A stretch of DNA of 41,827 nt from a virus, in UHGV virus genome UHGV-0360402, one strand, 5' to 3'. This document shows, piece after piece, positions 1 through 8,659 of the stretch (position 1 is the stretch's first letter; each line of letters opens with the position of its first letter). A model generated the notes under the pieces. That model searched no databases. It saw nothing but the letters and a program-made list of their open reading frames with translations, and was not told the DNA's origin. Both the position numbers and the translations under genes were made by a program.

Positions 1-83
1 ATTCCTTTATACGCAATACATTTACTTTCCTCTTTTGATGATCTTAAATGTCTTATTTTTCGTAATGTGTATAACAAGGAATA

Positions 84-602
84 GTGATGAAATTAAAAAA
101 ATGTCTTCTGCCTGTGGCAATGTTAGCGTCATTTACTCTGGCAGGATGCCAGTCAAATGCTGATGATCATGCCGCCGATGTTTATCAAACCGATCAACTG
201 AATACCAAACAAGAAACTAAAACCGTTAATATTATTTCCATTCTTCCCGCAAAAGTTGCCGTAGACAACGCCCAAAATAAACGGAACGCACAAGCCTTCG
301 GCGCGCTTATTGGCGCTGTCGCTGGCGGTGTTATCGGCCACAACGTCGGGTCTGGCAGCAATTCCGGAACGACAGCAGGTGCAGTTGGCGGCGGAGCTGT
401 TGGCGCAGCAGCGGGTTCTATGGTGAATGATAAAACCTTAGTGGAAGGTGTTTCTTTAACATATAAGGAAGGCACCAAAGTGTATACCTCCACCCAGGTG
501 GGTAAAGAGTGCCAGTTTACGACAGGTTTAGCCGTTGTTATTACCACGACGTATAACGAAACGCGTATTCAGCCAAATACCAAATGTCCTGAAAAGAGCT
601 AA
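84..602 (+). CDS. yfgH: Host outer-membrane lipoprotein, glycine-zipper type (YfgH-like)
   Basis: ATG at 87 with AAGGA RBS (GTG at 84); signal peptide with lipobox LAGC; Gly/Ala-rich zipper GALIGAVAGGVIGH; 172 aa and position before a 179-aa gene match E. coli yfgH-yfgI as I recall them. Confidence 0.6.
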   Translation: MMKLKKCLLPVAMLASFTLAGCQSNADDHAADVYQTDQLNTKQETKTVNIISILPAKVAVDNAQNKRNAQAFGALIGAVAGGVIGHNVGSGSNSGTTAGAVGGGAVGAAAGSMVNDKTLVEGVSLTYKEGTKVYTSTQVGKECQFTTGLAVVITTTYNETRIQPNTKCPEKS

Positions 603-617
603 TAATCAGGAGGAGTC

Positions 618-1157
618 ATGAAGAAAGTTTTTCTTTGCGCCATCTTAGCCTCCTTAAGCTATCCGGCTATCGCCTCATCATTGCAGGATCAACTCTCGGC
701 TGTCGCAGAAGCGGAACAGCAAGGTAAAAATGAAGAGCAAAGGCAGCATGACGAATGGGTCGCGGAGCGCAACAGGGAAATCCAGCAAGAGAAGCAACGT
801 CGCGCAAACGCCCAGGCCGCGGCTAATAAAAGAGCGGCAACGGCAGCAGCGAATAAGAAAGCTCGTCAGGATAAACTGGACGCCGAAGCCACTGCGGACA
901 AAAAACGCGATCAAAGTTATGAAGATGAGCTACGTAGCTTAGAGATTCAGAAGCAAAAACTGGCGCTGGCGAAAGAAGAAGCCCGCGTTAAGCGCGAAAA
1001 CGAATTTATCGATCAGGAACTGAAGCACAAAGCTGCGCAAACCGATGTGGTGCAATCTGAAGCTGACGCAAACAGAAATATGACTGAAGGCGGTCGCGAT
1101 CTGATGAAAAGCGTGGGTAAAGCAGAAGAGAACAAATCGGACAGCTGGTTTAACTAA
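618..1157 (+). CDS. yfgI: Host secreted coiled-coil protein (YfgI-like)
   Basis: AGGAGG RBS 7 nt before ATG; N-terminal signal peptide; 179 aa; followed by intrinsic terminator; symbol from recalled size and synteny. Confidence 0.55.
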   Translation: MKKVFLCAILASLSYPAIASSLQDQLSAVAEAEQQGKNEEQRQHDEWVAERNREIQQEKQRRANAQAAANKRAATAAANKKARQDKLDAEATADKKRDQSYEDELRSLEIQKQKLALAKEEARVKRENEFIDQELKHKAAQTDVVQSEADANRNMTEGGRDLMKSVGKAEENKSDSWFN

Positions 1158-1195
1158 GCGATGTCAGTAACTTCAAGCCTATGATTCGTGAGTAT

Positions 1196-1229
1196 AAAAA
1201 ACCCTCTGTAGTAACAGAGGGTTTTGTTC
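1196..1229. terminator. Bidirectional rho-independent terminator (host intergenic)
   Basis: A-run, stem ccctctgt/acagaggg, T-run. Confidence 0.7.
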
Positions 1230-1250
1230 ATTCATAGTACAGGGTTCAAA

Positions 1251-1265
1251 TCATTCCCACTCAAT
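1251..1265 (-). other. Candidate att core: displaced copy of guaA 3' end (reverse strand reads ATT GAG TGG GAA TGA = I-E-W-E-stop)
   Basis: Minus strand encodes IEWE-stop, the conserved GMP synthase C-terminus, but is preceded in frame by a stop, so only the last codons are present; sits exactly at the host/phage boundary. Confidence 0.5.
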
Positions 1266-1352
1266 TATTTACGGCATGCATAACCAATTGACTGGTAACA
1301 ACTTTCTATAACCTTATTTTCACCGTACCGTTTTATATACCGTCACCGGAAA

Positions 1353-1850
1353 TCAGTGCCACGATTTTTGCTTCTTCAGTGAATCGTATTGCTGCTCGCA
1401 GAATTCCCCTGCGATACGATACTTTTCAGCCTCAGCTGCTGTTGCGTTGTAAACTCGGTTGCTTTCTTCAAGCATGTCGGCGAGCACACCGATGACCTTG
1501 CTGGCTGGCGTGCCAGGGGGGAAAGATCCGGTATAGTGTTCGGCGAGCCGCCTGGTTTTGTCAAGCTCGGCGCGCATGCTATCAGCAGCGGAATTAGCAT
1601 ACTCAGCATCAGCACGCGCCGCATCGATACGGGATTGTGCTTCACGTTCAATTTGTGTTTTCTCCTGCTCACGCTGTGACCTTAACTTATCATCAGCCTG
1701 TTTCTGATCTTCCTTCGCCTGAGCATACCCGGCATCGTACTGGCGGCTGCCATGCACATTCCAGGCAACAACGCAGCTGGCCACCAGAGCAGCAAGCATC
1801 GACACGATAAGCAACTGTTTCCAGTATGCTTTCACGAATGCCTTGATCAT
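1353..1850 (-). CDS. Rz-like i-spanin
   Basis: N-terminal TM helix then charged coiled-coil; last gene of lysis cassette; ATGA overlap with upstream gene; contains embedded +1 lipoprotein ORF. Confidence 0.75.
   Translation of the reverse strand: MIKAFVKAYWKQLLIVSMLAALVASCVVAWNVHGSRQYDAGYAQAKEDQKQADDKLRSQREQEKTQIEREAQSRIDAARADAEYANSAADSMRAELDKTRRLAEHYTGSFPPGTPASKVIGVLADMLEESNRVYNATAAEAEKYRIAGEFCEQQYDSLKKQKSWH
1376..1624 (-). CDS. Rz1-like o-spanin lipoprotein embedded in Rz (+1 frame)
   Basis: MRRVLMLSMLIPLLIAC signal with lipobox LIAC followed by Pro-rich mature region; entirely inside Rz; no strong SD, start uncertain. Confidence 0.55.
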   Translation of the reverse strand: MRRVLMLSMLIPLLIACAPSLTKPGGSPNTIPDLSPLARQPARSSVCSPTCLKKATEFTTQQQLRLKSIVSQGNSASSNTIH

Positions 1851-2071
1851 ATACTTACCTTCGGCTGAAATCGGCGAACGTTAATTGGCTCACCATATGG
1901 CCATGACCAATTCAGCCAGGTAAATGTTTTCAGCTCGCACATCGCATCGAAAAATTCACCAGGATCGATGTCGGAATAGCTGCAAACTATTTCCAGACCA
2001 CGTTCTGTTTCTTGCAAAGCAACTGTATCTGTTTCCCAGCGGGGAATGAGCAAAGAAAATAGTTTATTCAT
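1847..2071 (-). CDS. Hypothetical 74-aa protein in lysis cassette
   Basis: ATG 2071 overlaps endolysin stop (ATGA); AAGGTG RBS; coupled to Rz start. Confidence 0.5.
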   Translation of the reverse strand: MNKLFSLLIPRWETDTVALQETERGLEIVCSYSDIDPGEFFDAMCELKTFTWLNWSWPYGEPINVRRFQPKVSI

Positions 2072-2694
2072 AAAAGCACCTTCTTGGCCGAAAGATACCG
2101 TACACGGCGATCGTCGATGCCGTTCCGGCCACCATTGATAATCAGAGTTACACGTGCAATATCGCCGGTATACTTCATGCATCCTTTGCTGGCGAAGAAC
2201 CACGCCGCGCTACGAGCCGCGTATTCGTCCTGCACCAACAGTTCAGGATTCTCCAGCAGGTCCACTTTCAGGCCGTTTCCGCAATCACGATAGTTATTCA
2301 AACCGGTAATCTGGATAAGTCCGCGGCCACGGTAATTCCAGCCATCACCAGAGGCATTGTTCCCCATGCGTTTGCTGTACACCAGATTGGCAATCGCACG
2401 CTGGCGCTCAGGTGGCAATGGTGGCTCACCTGCACGACGACCCAATGCGTTAGCCTGTCCCTGAGTAAGACGACCGGCACGAACGAAGTTAGCCAGTCCG
2501 GTGACGCTGTAATTGAAATTCTCCTGCAACCTGGTGAAGCCACCAGACTCATGCCCGACCTGAGCAATAAACATTGCCTGATCTTCGGGTTTTCTGATAC
2601 CAAACTCTTTCATCGCAGAAGTTATATGCGAGAACCAGCGTGCGGCCAGAGCCTCGCTAATACCAGCAGCTCGCTGGAATTGTTTAATCTCCAT
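2068..2694 (-). CDS. Endolysin, GH19 chitinase-like fold
   Basis: Start ATG 2694 (MEIKQF) with GAGGT RBS; motifs [12 protein letters not shown] and [11 protein letters not shown] typical of family-19 lysozyme-type endolysins; long ORF-track version is an N-terminal over-extension. Confidence 0.8.
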   Translation of the reverse strand: MEIKQFQRAAGISEALAARWFSHITSAMKEFGIRKPEDQAMFIAQVGHESGGFTRLQENFNYSVTGLANFVRAGRLTQGQANALGRRAGEPPLPPERQRAIANLVYSKRMGNNASGDGWNYRGRGLIQITGLNNYRDCGNGLKVDLLENPELLVQDEYAARSAAWFFASKGCMKYTGDIARVTLIINGGRNGIDDRRVRYLSAKKVLL

Positions 2695-2992
2695 GTTTAG
2701 ACCTCGATGTTTTGAAAATCTGAACAACGTTACCGCGTGTTTTAATAACCGCGGCAAGCATGACAGCGTTGATAATGACCTCAGATAAATCCACAGCCAT
2801 TGGCGTACGTAACCAGATTGCATAGGCGACACGAACAGGAATACTGGCCGCAGCAACAATAAGGAAATAAGCAAGCCACCCTCCCCATCTTCGATGTTGA
2901 GAGCCGTTACGCCGGAATGTGACAACGCGAATTGCTATGCCAGTACAAATAATTGCATTGGTGATAAGCAAAACAAGCTCATTAGTTACCAT
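2684..2992 (-). CDS. Small membrane protein, holin or antiholin-like
   Basis: 102 aa with 2-3 predicted TM helices; overlaps both neighbours. Confidence 0.6.
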   Translation of the reverse strand: MVTNELVLLITNAIICTGIAIRVVTFRRNGSQHRRWGGWLAYFLIVAAASIPVRVAYAIWLRTPMAVDLSEVIINAVMLAAVIKTRGNVVQIFKTSRSKHGD

Positions 2993-3383
2993 CGCCTTTT
3001 CTCCCAGGAATTAACTGGCGTGGATTATCAGAACGGTGATAGAGCCATATACCAATTCGCACTGCGACAATTGCTGACACGAATGCGCCAGCAGAGAAAA
3101 CAATCCCTTTCTCGAAAGAGTCCTGCGTGATGGTAGGTATCATGCTGGCTATTCCGATAAGAATTGATGTTGTTGGTTTGTAAAAGAGAAGACCACAAAG
3201 AAAGCTGAGTATCGACAAGAGTACACGACGACGAACAGGATACTCTACAGCAGAGGTAACAAATATTACCGCACCAGCCAGAGCACCGAGAGCCACCTCT
3301 GGCGGAACGCCGTAGACGACAGAGGCCAGCGCACCCAAGCTTAACCCTTGATTCAGTGAATCCGCCGTAACCGTGCCATTCAT
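2982..3383 (-). CDS. Holin-like membrane protein
   Basis: 133 aa from ATG 3383 (GTG alternative at 3392); several hydrophobic helices; first gene after tailspike. Confidence 0.6.
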   Translation of the reverse strand: MNGTVTADSLNQGLSLGALASVVYGVPPEVALGALAGAVIFVTSAVEYPVRRRVLLSILSFLCGLLFYKPTTSILIGIASMIPTITQDSFEKGIVFSAGAFVSAIVAVRIGIWLYHRSDNPRQLIPGRKGDGN

Positions 3384-3480
3384 GGTAACCACCGTTTATT
3401 GTGCATAAAAACCCCCTTAGAAGATGAGGTCCATCATACACAATAAACCATTTACGGATAATAATTACCTAAACTTGGTC

Positions 3481-6132
3481 TTATTTTGATTCCAATAGTT
3501 CGAGTCGCTCTTCAATACGATCGCATCGGCGGCGCTGATATGCAGCCTCAAGCCAAGCGCACTGGTCAGGCCGTATGCCCCATGAACTACCCGCTTTTTT
3601 AACCAGCCTCTGTTCTCCGGTGTCATATTCGACGGTGACCAACTCACCAGACGCATCGGTAATCTCTTTAGTCGCGATTACCGGCTCAAAAATATCGTCC
3701 CACTCGTCATAGCAAAGAAGGCCAAATCTGGTTCCATCAATTCCGTGCGCCAGGAATACATCTCTTACCTGCTGAGCCATGACGCCAAAATGCCATCTGG
3801 CACCATCGCCCTTCATGGATATAGCGTCGAGCCATCGATACGCCACAACAGAAATATCGCCCCAGGCATCAAGAATGCTGTCTCTATCAGAAGAAAGCAT
3901 TTCACTTAAATCTGATATTGCCTCGGGATTGGTTTTCAGCGTGGCATCTGATGAAACGGTTGGGGCATTTGCAAAGTAGGCGTCTTTAATACGAAACGAT
4001 GCCTGACCAAAATTATAGGTATTGTCAGCAAACGGGCGAAGACCTGTATTATAAAACCGCCAGCGTATGGTTCCTCCCAATGCTGTCGGGTCGCTGTTGC
4101 ATGCAATATCCACCGTGGTGGCAGACCTAAACACAGAAGAACTACCGCCCAATACCAAGCTATTTGCGCTAGCTGTAGCCTGCTGGTCAAGGACCAATAT
4201 TTTCTGAGAGTTTGTAGTTGCACCGGCATATGATGATGCAGTGATGCGGTTTAATTGGTTTGTATCAGGATCTGCGTTTTGCTGAATGGTTAAGTTAGAT
4301 GCCCACTGTGCCGGTCGCTGGCGCACAAATACAAAGTCACCAGAAGGATTAGTTGCAACCAAATAACTAATGCCACTATCAGATGAATAATAGTTGACTA
4401 TAAAAGTCTGATTATTCGCATTCAGTATTTCAACATATGTGCTGGAAGGGATTGCCACGCCAGATATATCAGCAATGCTGACAGTCCCTGTGTAAAAATT
4501 AAATGCCTTCTGACTCATCTCCTGCATATAGCGAAGAATTTCAGTCATGTTAGTGAACAACGTACCATCTACAGGGTTAACAATCCCCTTCGCACTACGG
4601 GGATATACCCCAATGCTCGCGTGATCGATATCAAATCCGCGGTAAAGCCTGGATGCAGGTGTAAAATCGATAGCATCTTTATCAGTGGAGAAATCTTCGA
4701 AAATAACCAAACCTGAATTGTAAGGTTCAGAGCCAGTTCTTTCCTGATGAATGTAAAGTGAATAAATGGATTTTCCATCCTGAGAAACACAAACGCCTTC
4801 ATTTTCTATGCGAGTGACGTTCAATCCTGCGGCTTTCATTAAATCCATCATGGCCTGAGGATGAAGCATTGATTCAGTTCGCTTTGTACCGTCAGGGTTA
4901 AAAACTTTGCTGCCCTGATATTCGTTATATCCTGCGCTTCCTGCCCCATCAGCTATGAAGCCGCCATAGCCGCAGACAAAGTAGTTATCACCTACCGCAA
5001 TACCCTGACGCTTGTTGAAATAAGGCGCATAAGGTGAGGTGCTTTTAGTTACATACCCAACATCATGTAACGGCAGCGTTATAGTTGACAGGCGATTGAA
5101 ACCACTGTCGAACACTGCAAGTACAGTTCTTGTGATTTTCTGTCCTACTTCTGGCGCATTCTGCTCAACGAGCCATATACCTCTTCTGTAGCTGAACTGG
5201 TTGAATAATCCAACATCATGGTTTTGTACAAGAGGCAGATTGCTTCCGTATAATGCCCCCTCCATATTAAATTCACGCAGTATTCCGTTTGTGTGACCAA
5301 CAAACATTTTTTTTGGGCCATAGTCTGACGTAACCACGATTCCTTCAGCAGCGAAGCCTGGGCCGCCAGCCTGAACATAGAAATAACCTTGATAAATACC
5401 AGATATGTTAAATACTGCGACGACATTATTCGTCTGTTTAGGCTCAAATGGATAAGTGATGTATATCAAATCTTCGCTAACGCAGAATCCTTGAGGATAC
5501 ATATAAGTTGCTGACGGGTTAGCAGCCATAATCGCATCATATTCAGGAAAAAGAAGCGGCATCGTAGCTACAATCTTTCTTTGGTGATTTGTAAAAATAT
5601 CGTTTTTAGCGCTGTTAGGTGTAGGCGTTACACCTCCAGTAAAAAGATCATCAACATAACCTTTATTGACAGCATCGTTTCTGTCAGTGGCATTTGCTAG
5701 ATTTGATATCTTATTATTTTTTGCATCATAATAGTTAGCCAGAATGCTTGGTTTTATAAGTGCTAACCTCATCCATGAAAAACACTTTTGAATAAGCATT
5801 GTCAGTTTATCGAACGCGTCTTCATGTACCTCAGCGAAGAACTTACCCTGATTACGCAAATCAGTATCCTGCGTAACCGGGAGCTCTCGTGATATAGAAA
5901 TATGATAACCGTTAGCCAACGCCTTCGACAGAATTACATTACCGCCATTATATCCTCCAGCATTGGTTACTGTGTAGTCAGTATCCAGAACCAATTCTGT
6001 TACGTTCCCGTTCAGGTCAGACACCTGAACAACCAGGTCGGATTTTTTGAAAATACGGAAGGTATACGGAAATGATGTCGTAGCTCCGTTACCAGTGTAT
6101 TCGTTGTGGTCAACTTCGGTTGAGACCGTCAT
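3481..6132 (-). CDS. Tailspike / receptor-binding protein (883 aa)
   Basis: GGAG RBS; N-terminal ~150 aa resemble the T7 gp17-type adaptor-binding domain (FPYTF, TDYTV motifs); long C-terminal part likely receptor-binding or depolymerase. Confidence 0.8.
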   Translation of the reverse strand: MTVSTEVDHNEYTGNGATTSFPYTFRIFKKSDLVVQVSDLNGNVTELVLDTDYTVTNAGGYNGGNVILSKALANGYHISISRELPVTQDTDLRNQGKFFAEVHEDAFDKLTMLIQKCFSWMRLALIKPSILANYYDAKNNKISNLANATDRNDAVNKGYVDDLFTGGVTPTPNSAKNDIFTNHQRKIVATMPLLFPEYDAIMAANPSATYMYPQGFCVSEDLIYITYPFEPKQTNNVVAVFNISGIYQGYFYVQAGGPGFAAEGIVVTSDYGPKKMFVGHTNGILREFNMEGALYGSNLPLVQNHDVGLFNQFSYRRGIWLVEQNAPEVGQKITRTVLAVFDSGFNRLSTITLPLHDVGYVTKSTSPYAPYFNKRQGIAVGDNYFVCGYGGFIADGAGSAGYNEYQGSKVFNPDGTKRTESMLHPQAMMDLMKAAGLNVTRIENEGVCVSQDGKSIYSLYIHQERTGSEPYNSGLVIFEDFSTDKDAIDFTPASRLYRGFDIDHASIGVYPRSAKGIVNPVDGTLFTNMTEILRYMQEMSQKAFNFYTGTVSIADISGVAIPSSTYVEILNANNQTFIVNYYSSDSGISYLVATNPSGDFVFVRQRPAQWASNLTIQQNADPDTNQLNRITASSYAGATTNSQKILVLDQQATASANSLVLGGSSSVFRSATTVDIACNSDPTALGGTIRWRFYNTGLRPFADNTYNFGQASFRIKDAYFANAPTVSSDATLKTNPEAISDLSEMLSSDRDSILDAWGDISVVAYRWLDAISMKGDGARWHFGVMAQQVRDVFLAHGIDGTRFGLLCYDEWDDIFEPVIATKEITDASGELVTVEYDTGEQRLVKKAGSSWGIRPDQCAWLEAAYQRRRCDRIEERLELLESK

Positions 6133-6236
6133 GTTAAATCTCCAGATAGTCGCAGCACCCGTTGCGCCGCATATCTGGTTATTCTATTACCTGAAAAACC
6201 ACATATGGATAGATAATCCATAAATACGAAAAGATA

Positions 6237-6251
6237 TTACCTTTCAGGTGA
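6237..6251. promoter_or_regulatory. Operator-like site TTACCtttcaGGTGA
   Basis: Member of TTACC-N5-GGTAA family (one mismatch); 40 bp upstream of LexA box. Confidence 0.5.
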
Positions 6252-6290
6252 TTTGCAAAACGTGCTGGATAGCAAACAAATTATTTGCTA

Positions 6291-6306
6291 CTGTATAAAT
6301 ATACAG
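6291..6306 (+). promoter_or_regulatory. LexA (SOS) box CTGTATAAATATACAG
   Basis: CTGT-N8-ACAG with AT-rich centre, 18/20 to TACTGTATATATATACAGTA; 22 bp upstream of ATG 6328. Confidence 0.8.
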
Positions 6307-6327
6307 TTATTGCATGGAGAAGATAAG

Positions 6328-6585
6328 ATGCAGCAGTATCACTATCCACTGGAAGACGGATTTACCGAAAGGATTCACACGCCGGGAGGCGTCAGGTCAC
6401 TGGTGGAGGGATCGCACTTGATGAAATTACTCCGGGATCTCGATAAGGATGGATTTAATGTCGATGGCCCACTTGCCGAACTGACTGCACTGATTAACTA
6501 CGTCACCAGCTCACAGATGTCTATGCGGGATCTGCAAACACATCTCGACTATTGTGCCGAACAATTACGAAAACAAACCCGGTAA
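6328..6585 (+). CDS. Small SOS-controlled protein (85 aa), stand-alone copy of the C-terminal module shared by the two antirepressor genes; candidate antirepressor
   Basis: GGAGA RBS; LexA box in promoter; alignable to C-termini of 7736-8392 and 9256-10194 products (LM-LL-DG-AELT-RD-QTH). Confidence 0.7.
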   Translation: MQQYHYPLEDGFTERIHTPGGVRSLVEGSHLMKLLRDLDKDGFNVDGPLAELTALINYVTSSQMSMRDLQTHLDYCAEQLRKQTR

Positions 6586-6591
6586 ATTTAA

Positions 6592-6609
6592 AGGCCGCAA
6601 GAGCGGCCT
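6592..6609. terminator. Hairpin between convergent genes (aggccgc-aaga-gcggcct)
   Basis: GC stem directly after stop of 6328-6585; overlaps 3' end of minus-strand gene. Confidence 0.5.
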
Positions 6610-7336
6610 ATCGTTTCGCTTTGTGCTCATCCCAGCACGTTTTGCACCATGCCATTAAGCCGTCCGCATTTTGATTATTAGGGTAAAAGCTGGTTCGTTT
6701 TCTGCGGACATTACAAATTGGGCACCACTTCATATGGCGTGTATTCTTTGGGCCATCGAGACACCTTGCACACCATTTAGTCAATCCATCTGGATTTTTT
6801 GACGATTTCCTGAATTTTTCATATGGAAGGTTTATTCTGCATCGCAAGCACTGCTTGCTACCACTTGAAACTCTGTTAGCTGATTCTTCTTTTGGCGGCG
6901 ATACAGAAGGTATTCTTGCTGGCTCTGATATTGCCTGAGGTGCTTTTTTAGATGACTGAGACGATATGTCATCACCAGGGAATCTTCCATGATATGCCGG
7001 ACGCGTTGACACTCCAGGTGGAATCTCAGCTGTAAACGGCTTTGGCTGAATCAGTTGCCTCTCTTTTGCTAACTCCTGCTGTTTATAATATGTCTGGATT
7101 ACCGCACTATCATAAGCAGGAGGTGCGGAAATATTAGGCGCATTACCTCCAGTTTTTTGAAACTGAGTAGAGGTGTGTTCTATCACCTGTGTACGATTAA
7201 TCGTTATCTCCCCATCTTCGGTCTTTATCGTTTTGTTATGATTAACGACCGTACGATCAGAGATCTTAGTCTTGTTCTGGTTGATAACGTAAATAATCAC
7301 CGCAACCACACCAACAACTATCCAGAAAACTTCCAT
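6608..7336 (-). CDS. Membrane-anchored protein with two C-terminal CxxC...WCxxC zinc-ribbon repeats (242 aa)
   Basis: GAGGA RBS; N-terminal TM helix; tandem Cys motifs CLRC...WCARC and CPIC...WCKTC; operator at 7357-7371 just upstream. Confidence 0.65.
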   Translation of the reverse strand: MEVFWIVVGVVAVIIYVINQNKTKISDRTVVNHNKTIKTEDGEITINRTQVIEHTSTQFQKTGGNAPNISAPPAYDSAVIQTYYKQQELAKERQLIQPKPFTAEIPPGVSTRPAYHGRFPGDDISSQSSKKAPQAISEPARIPSVSPPKEESANRVSSGSKQCLRCRINLPYEKFRKSSKNPDGLTKWCARCLDGPKNTRHMKWCPICNVRRKRTSFYPNNQNADGLMAWCKTCWDEHKAKR

Positions 7337-7356
7337 TGCTTTTCCTCACAATAACA

Positions 7357-7371
7357 TTACCTTAAAGGTAA
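7357..7371. promoter_or_regulatory. Operator-like palindrome TTACCttaaaGGTAA
   Basis: Perfect half-sites; between divergent genes 6608-7336 and 7736-8392. Confidence 0.6.
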
Positions 7372-7449
7372 TATCTTGCTTTCAGGTGATCAAGCGTTAA
7401 ACGCAATCAACCAAATACGGTTGATTTTAATATTTCTTCGCGTTTATCA

Positions 7450-7464
7450 TTACCTTTGCGGTAA
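7450..7464. promoter_or_regulatory. Operator-like palindrome TTACCtttgcGGTAA
   Basis: Perfect half-sites; abuts candidate promoter TTACAT-18-TAGTAA at 7467-7496. Confidence 0.6.
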
Positions 7465-7497
7465 ATTTACATTGCACTCCTCTTGTGCCATAGTAAT

Positions 7498-7577
7498 CGG
7501 GCACTGGCAAAATCCAGTGCCGGGATTGGTCTCCCGGATTACTAAGTGGCGCATACCACGCCAGACGTGGTTTTTTT
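7498..7577 (+). ncRNA. Candidate small RNA or terminated leader upstream of antA-like gene
   Basis: Promoter-like elements 7467-7496; two stable hairpins (gcactgg/ccagtgc; cggga/tcccg) then terminator hairpin ccacg/cgtgg plus T7; the overlapping 110-aa ORF lacks an RBS. Confidence 0.4.
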
Positions 7578-7735
7578 ATGCGTATAGCACAGTCATGCCA
7601 GAATTATGGTGGGCTGAATGGGGGTCCGAAAGGACGCCGGTACCACTTAGGCCGGTAAGACCAACTCCGTTCAGTTCACCACCATCTGATTGGTCTCAGC
7701 GGTGGTGATGTAATTCGCTAAGTGGAGACGCCATC

Positions 7736-8392
7736 ATGAACGCTCAACTCATCCCCGTATTCAACGGCACTATATCTAACGAAACAGCCCTACTTTGTAA
7801 TGCCCGCGATCTGCACGCTTTTTTAGGTGTTAAAAAGGTGTTTGCAGCATGGATTACAAATCGCATATCAGAATACGAATTCATTGAAAATCAAGACTAT
7901 ATTTTGCTTTCCAATTTGGGAAAGCAAACATCTGGTAGAGGCGGCCACAACCGCAAAGAGTACCACCTCACCCTTGATACAGCCAAAGAGCTGGCGATGG
8001 TCGAGCGTAACGAAAAAGGTCGCCAGGTGCGACGCTACTTCATTGAATGCGAGAAACGTTTAAGACAACAAGAAACAAAAGTGGAGAAGGTCTTGTCAGG
8101 CTTCATGCCCGCCATTATGGAGGCGATCAAGCTGGAAGACAAAAAAGAATACAGCGCCCCACTGAAGCCCGGCTACCGTAGCCTGATTCATTCGCCGTCT
8201 GGTGTTCTCGGCCTGACGGAGAACTCACTGCTGATGAATTTGCTGAACCAGTTACAGGAAGACGGGCACGACGTATCGGGCGCGGCGGCGGAACTGACCA
8301 CCATGTTCTGCTACATCGTCGGTGTGAGCAAATGCCTGCGTGATATCCAGACCCACGCGGAGTACATCAACGACAAGGCAGGGTTCTTCTGA
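7736..8392 (+). CDS. Antirepressor-type protein: AntA-like N-terminal domain fused to shared C-terminal module (218 aa)
   Basis: GGAG RBS; N-terminus matches AntA-type pattern ([39 protein letters not shown]); C-terminal 78 aa near-identical to C-terminus of 9256-10194 product. Confidence 0.8.
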   Translation: MNAQLIPVFNGTISNETALLCNARDLHAFLGVKKVFAAWITNRISEYEFIENQDYILLSNLGKQTSGRGGHNRKEYHLTLDTAKELAMVERNEKGRQVRRYFIECEKRLRQQETKVEKVLSGFMPAIMEAIKLEDKKEYSAPLKPGYRSLIHSPSGVLGLTENSLLMNLLNQLQEDGHDVSGAAAELTTMFCYIVGVSKCLRDIQTHAEYINDKAGFF

Positions 8393-8416
8393 CAGAACGG
8401 CGGCACAGGGATGTGC
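8163..8416. repeat. Inverted repeat, left arm (pairs with 9232-9486)
   Basis: About 254 bp, roughly 96% identical to reverse complement of right arm; covers the 3' coding end of the antirepressor plus 25 bp past its stop. Confidence 0.85.
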
Positions 8417-8464
8417 CTTTAAATAATTCTGTACGATTGCAGACTGGGGGTGAATAGCGTACTA

Positions 8465-8479
8465 TTACCTTAAAGGTAA
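8465..8479. promoter_or_regulatory. Operator-like palindrome TTACCttaaaGGTAA
   Basis: Identical to site at 7357; overlaps -10 of candidate promoter TTGCAG-17-TACTAT (8437-8465). Confidence 0.6.
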
Positions 8480-8491
8480 AGGAGGCGCGAT

Positions 8492-8659
8492 ATGACAGCG
8501 TTGAAAAATCGTACTCAGCACAATGAACAAGCCAAGCAATGCTGGGATGTCATTGGAAAAGTTATGCTTGGCCGCGCAAGCAAAGAGCGCGACAAGGATA
8601 TGGTTTACCAGACAGGAACATCTTTCAGCGACTTCAAGGCGGCATTTCGCTCCAAATAG
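8492..8659 (+). CDS. Small hypothetical protein (55 aa), first gene of IR-flanked cassette
   Basis: AAGGAGG RBS; below ORF-track size cut-off; GC and codon use phage-like (CGN arginines). Confidence 0.55.
   Translation: MTALKNRTQHNEQAKQCWDVIGKVMLGRASKERDKDMVYQTGTSFSDFKAAFRSK

Noticed and set aside
2068-2925. Long 285-aa version of the endolysin ORF
   Set aside because: The first 77 codons overlap the upstream membrane-protein gene; a strong RBS and ATG at 2694 give a 208-aa endolysin.
3465-3479. TTACC followed by TTGGT near the tailspike stop
   Set aside because: Only one half-site matches; not counted in the operator family.
7376-7708. 110-aa plus-strand ORF upstream of the antA-like gene
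   Set aside because: No RBS; runs through a promoter, two hairpins and a canonical terminator; translation is Trp/Pro-rich and atypical. Treated as noncoding.
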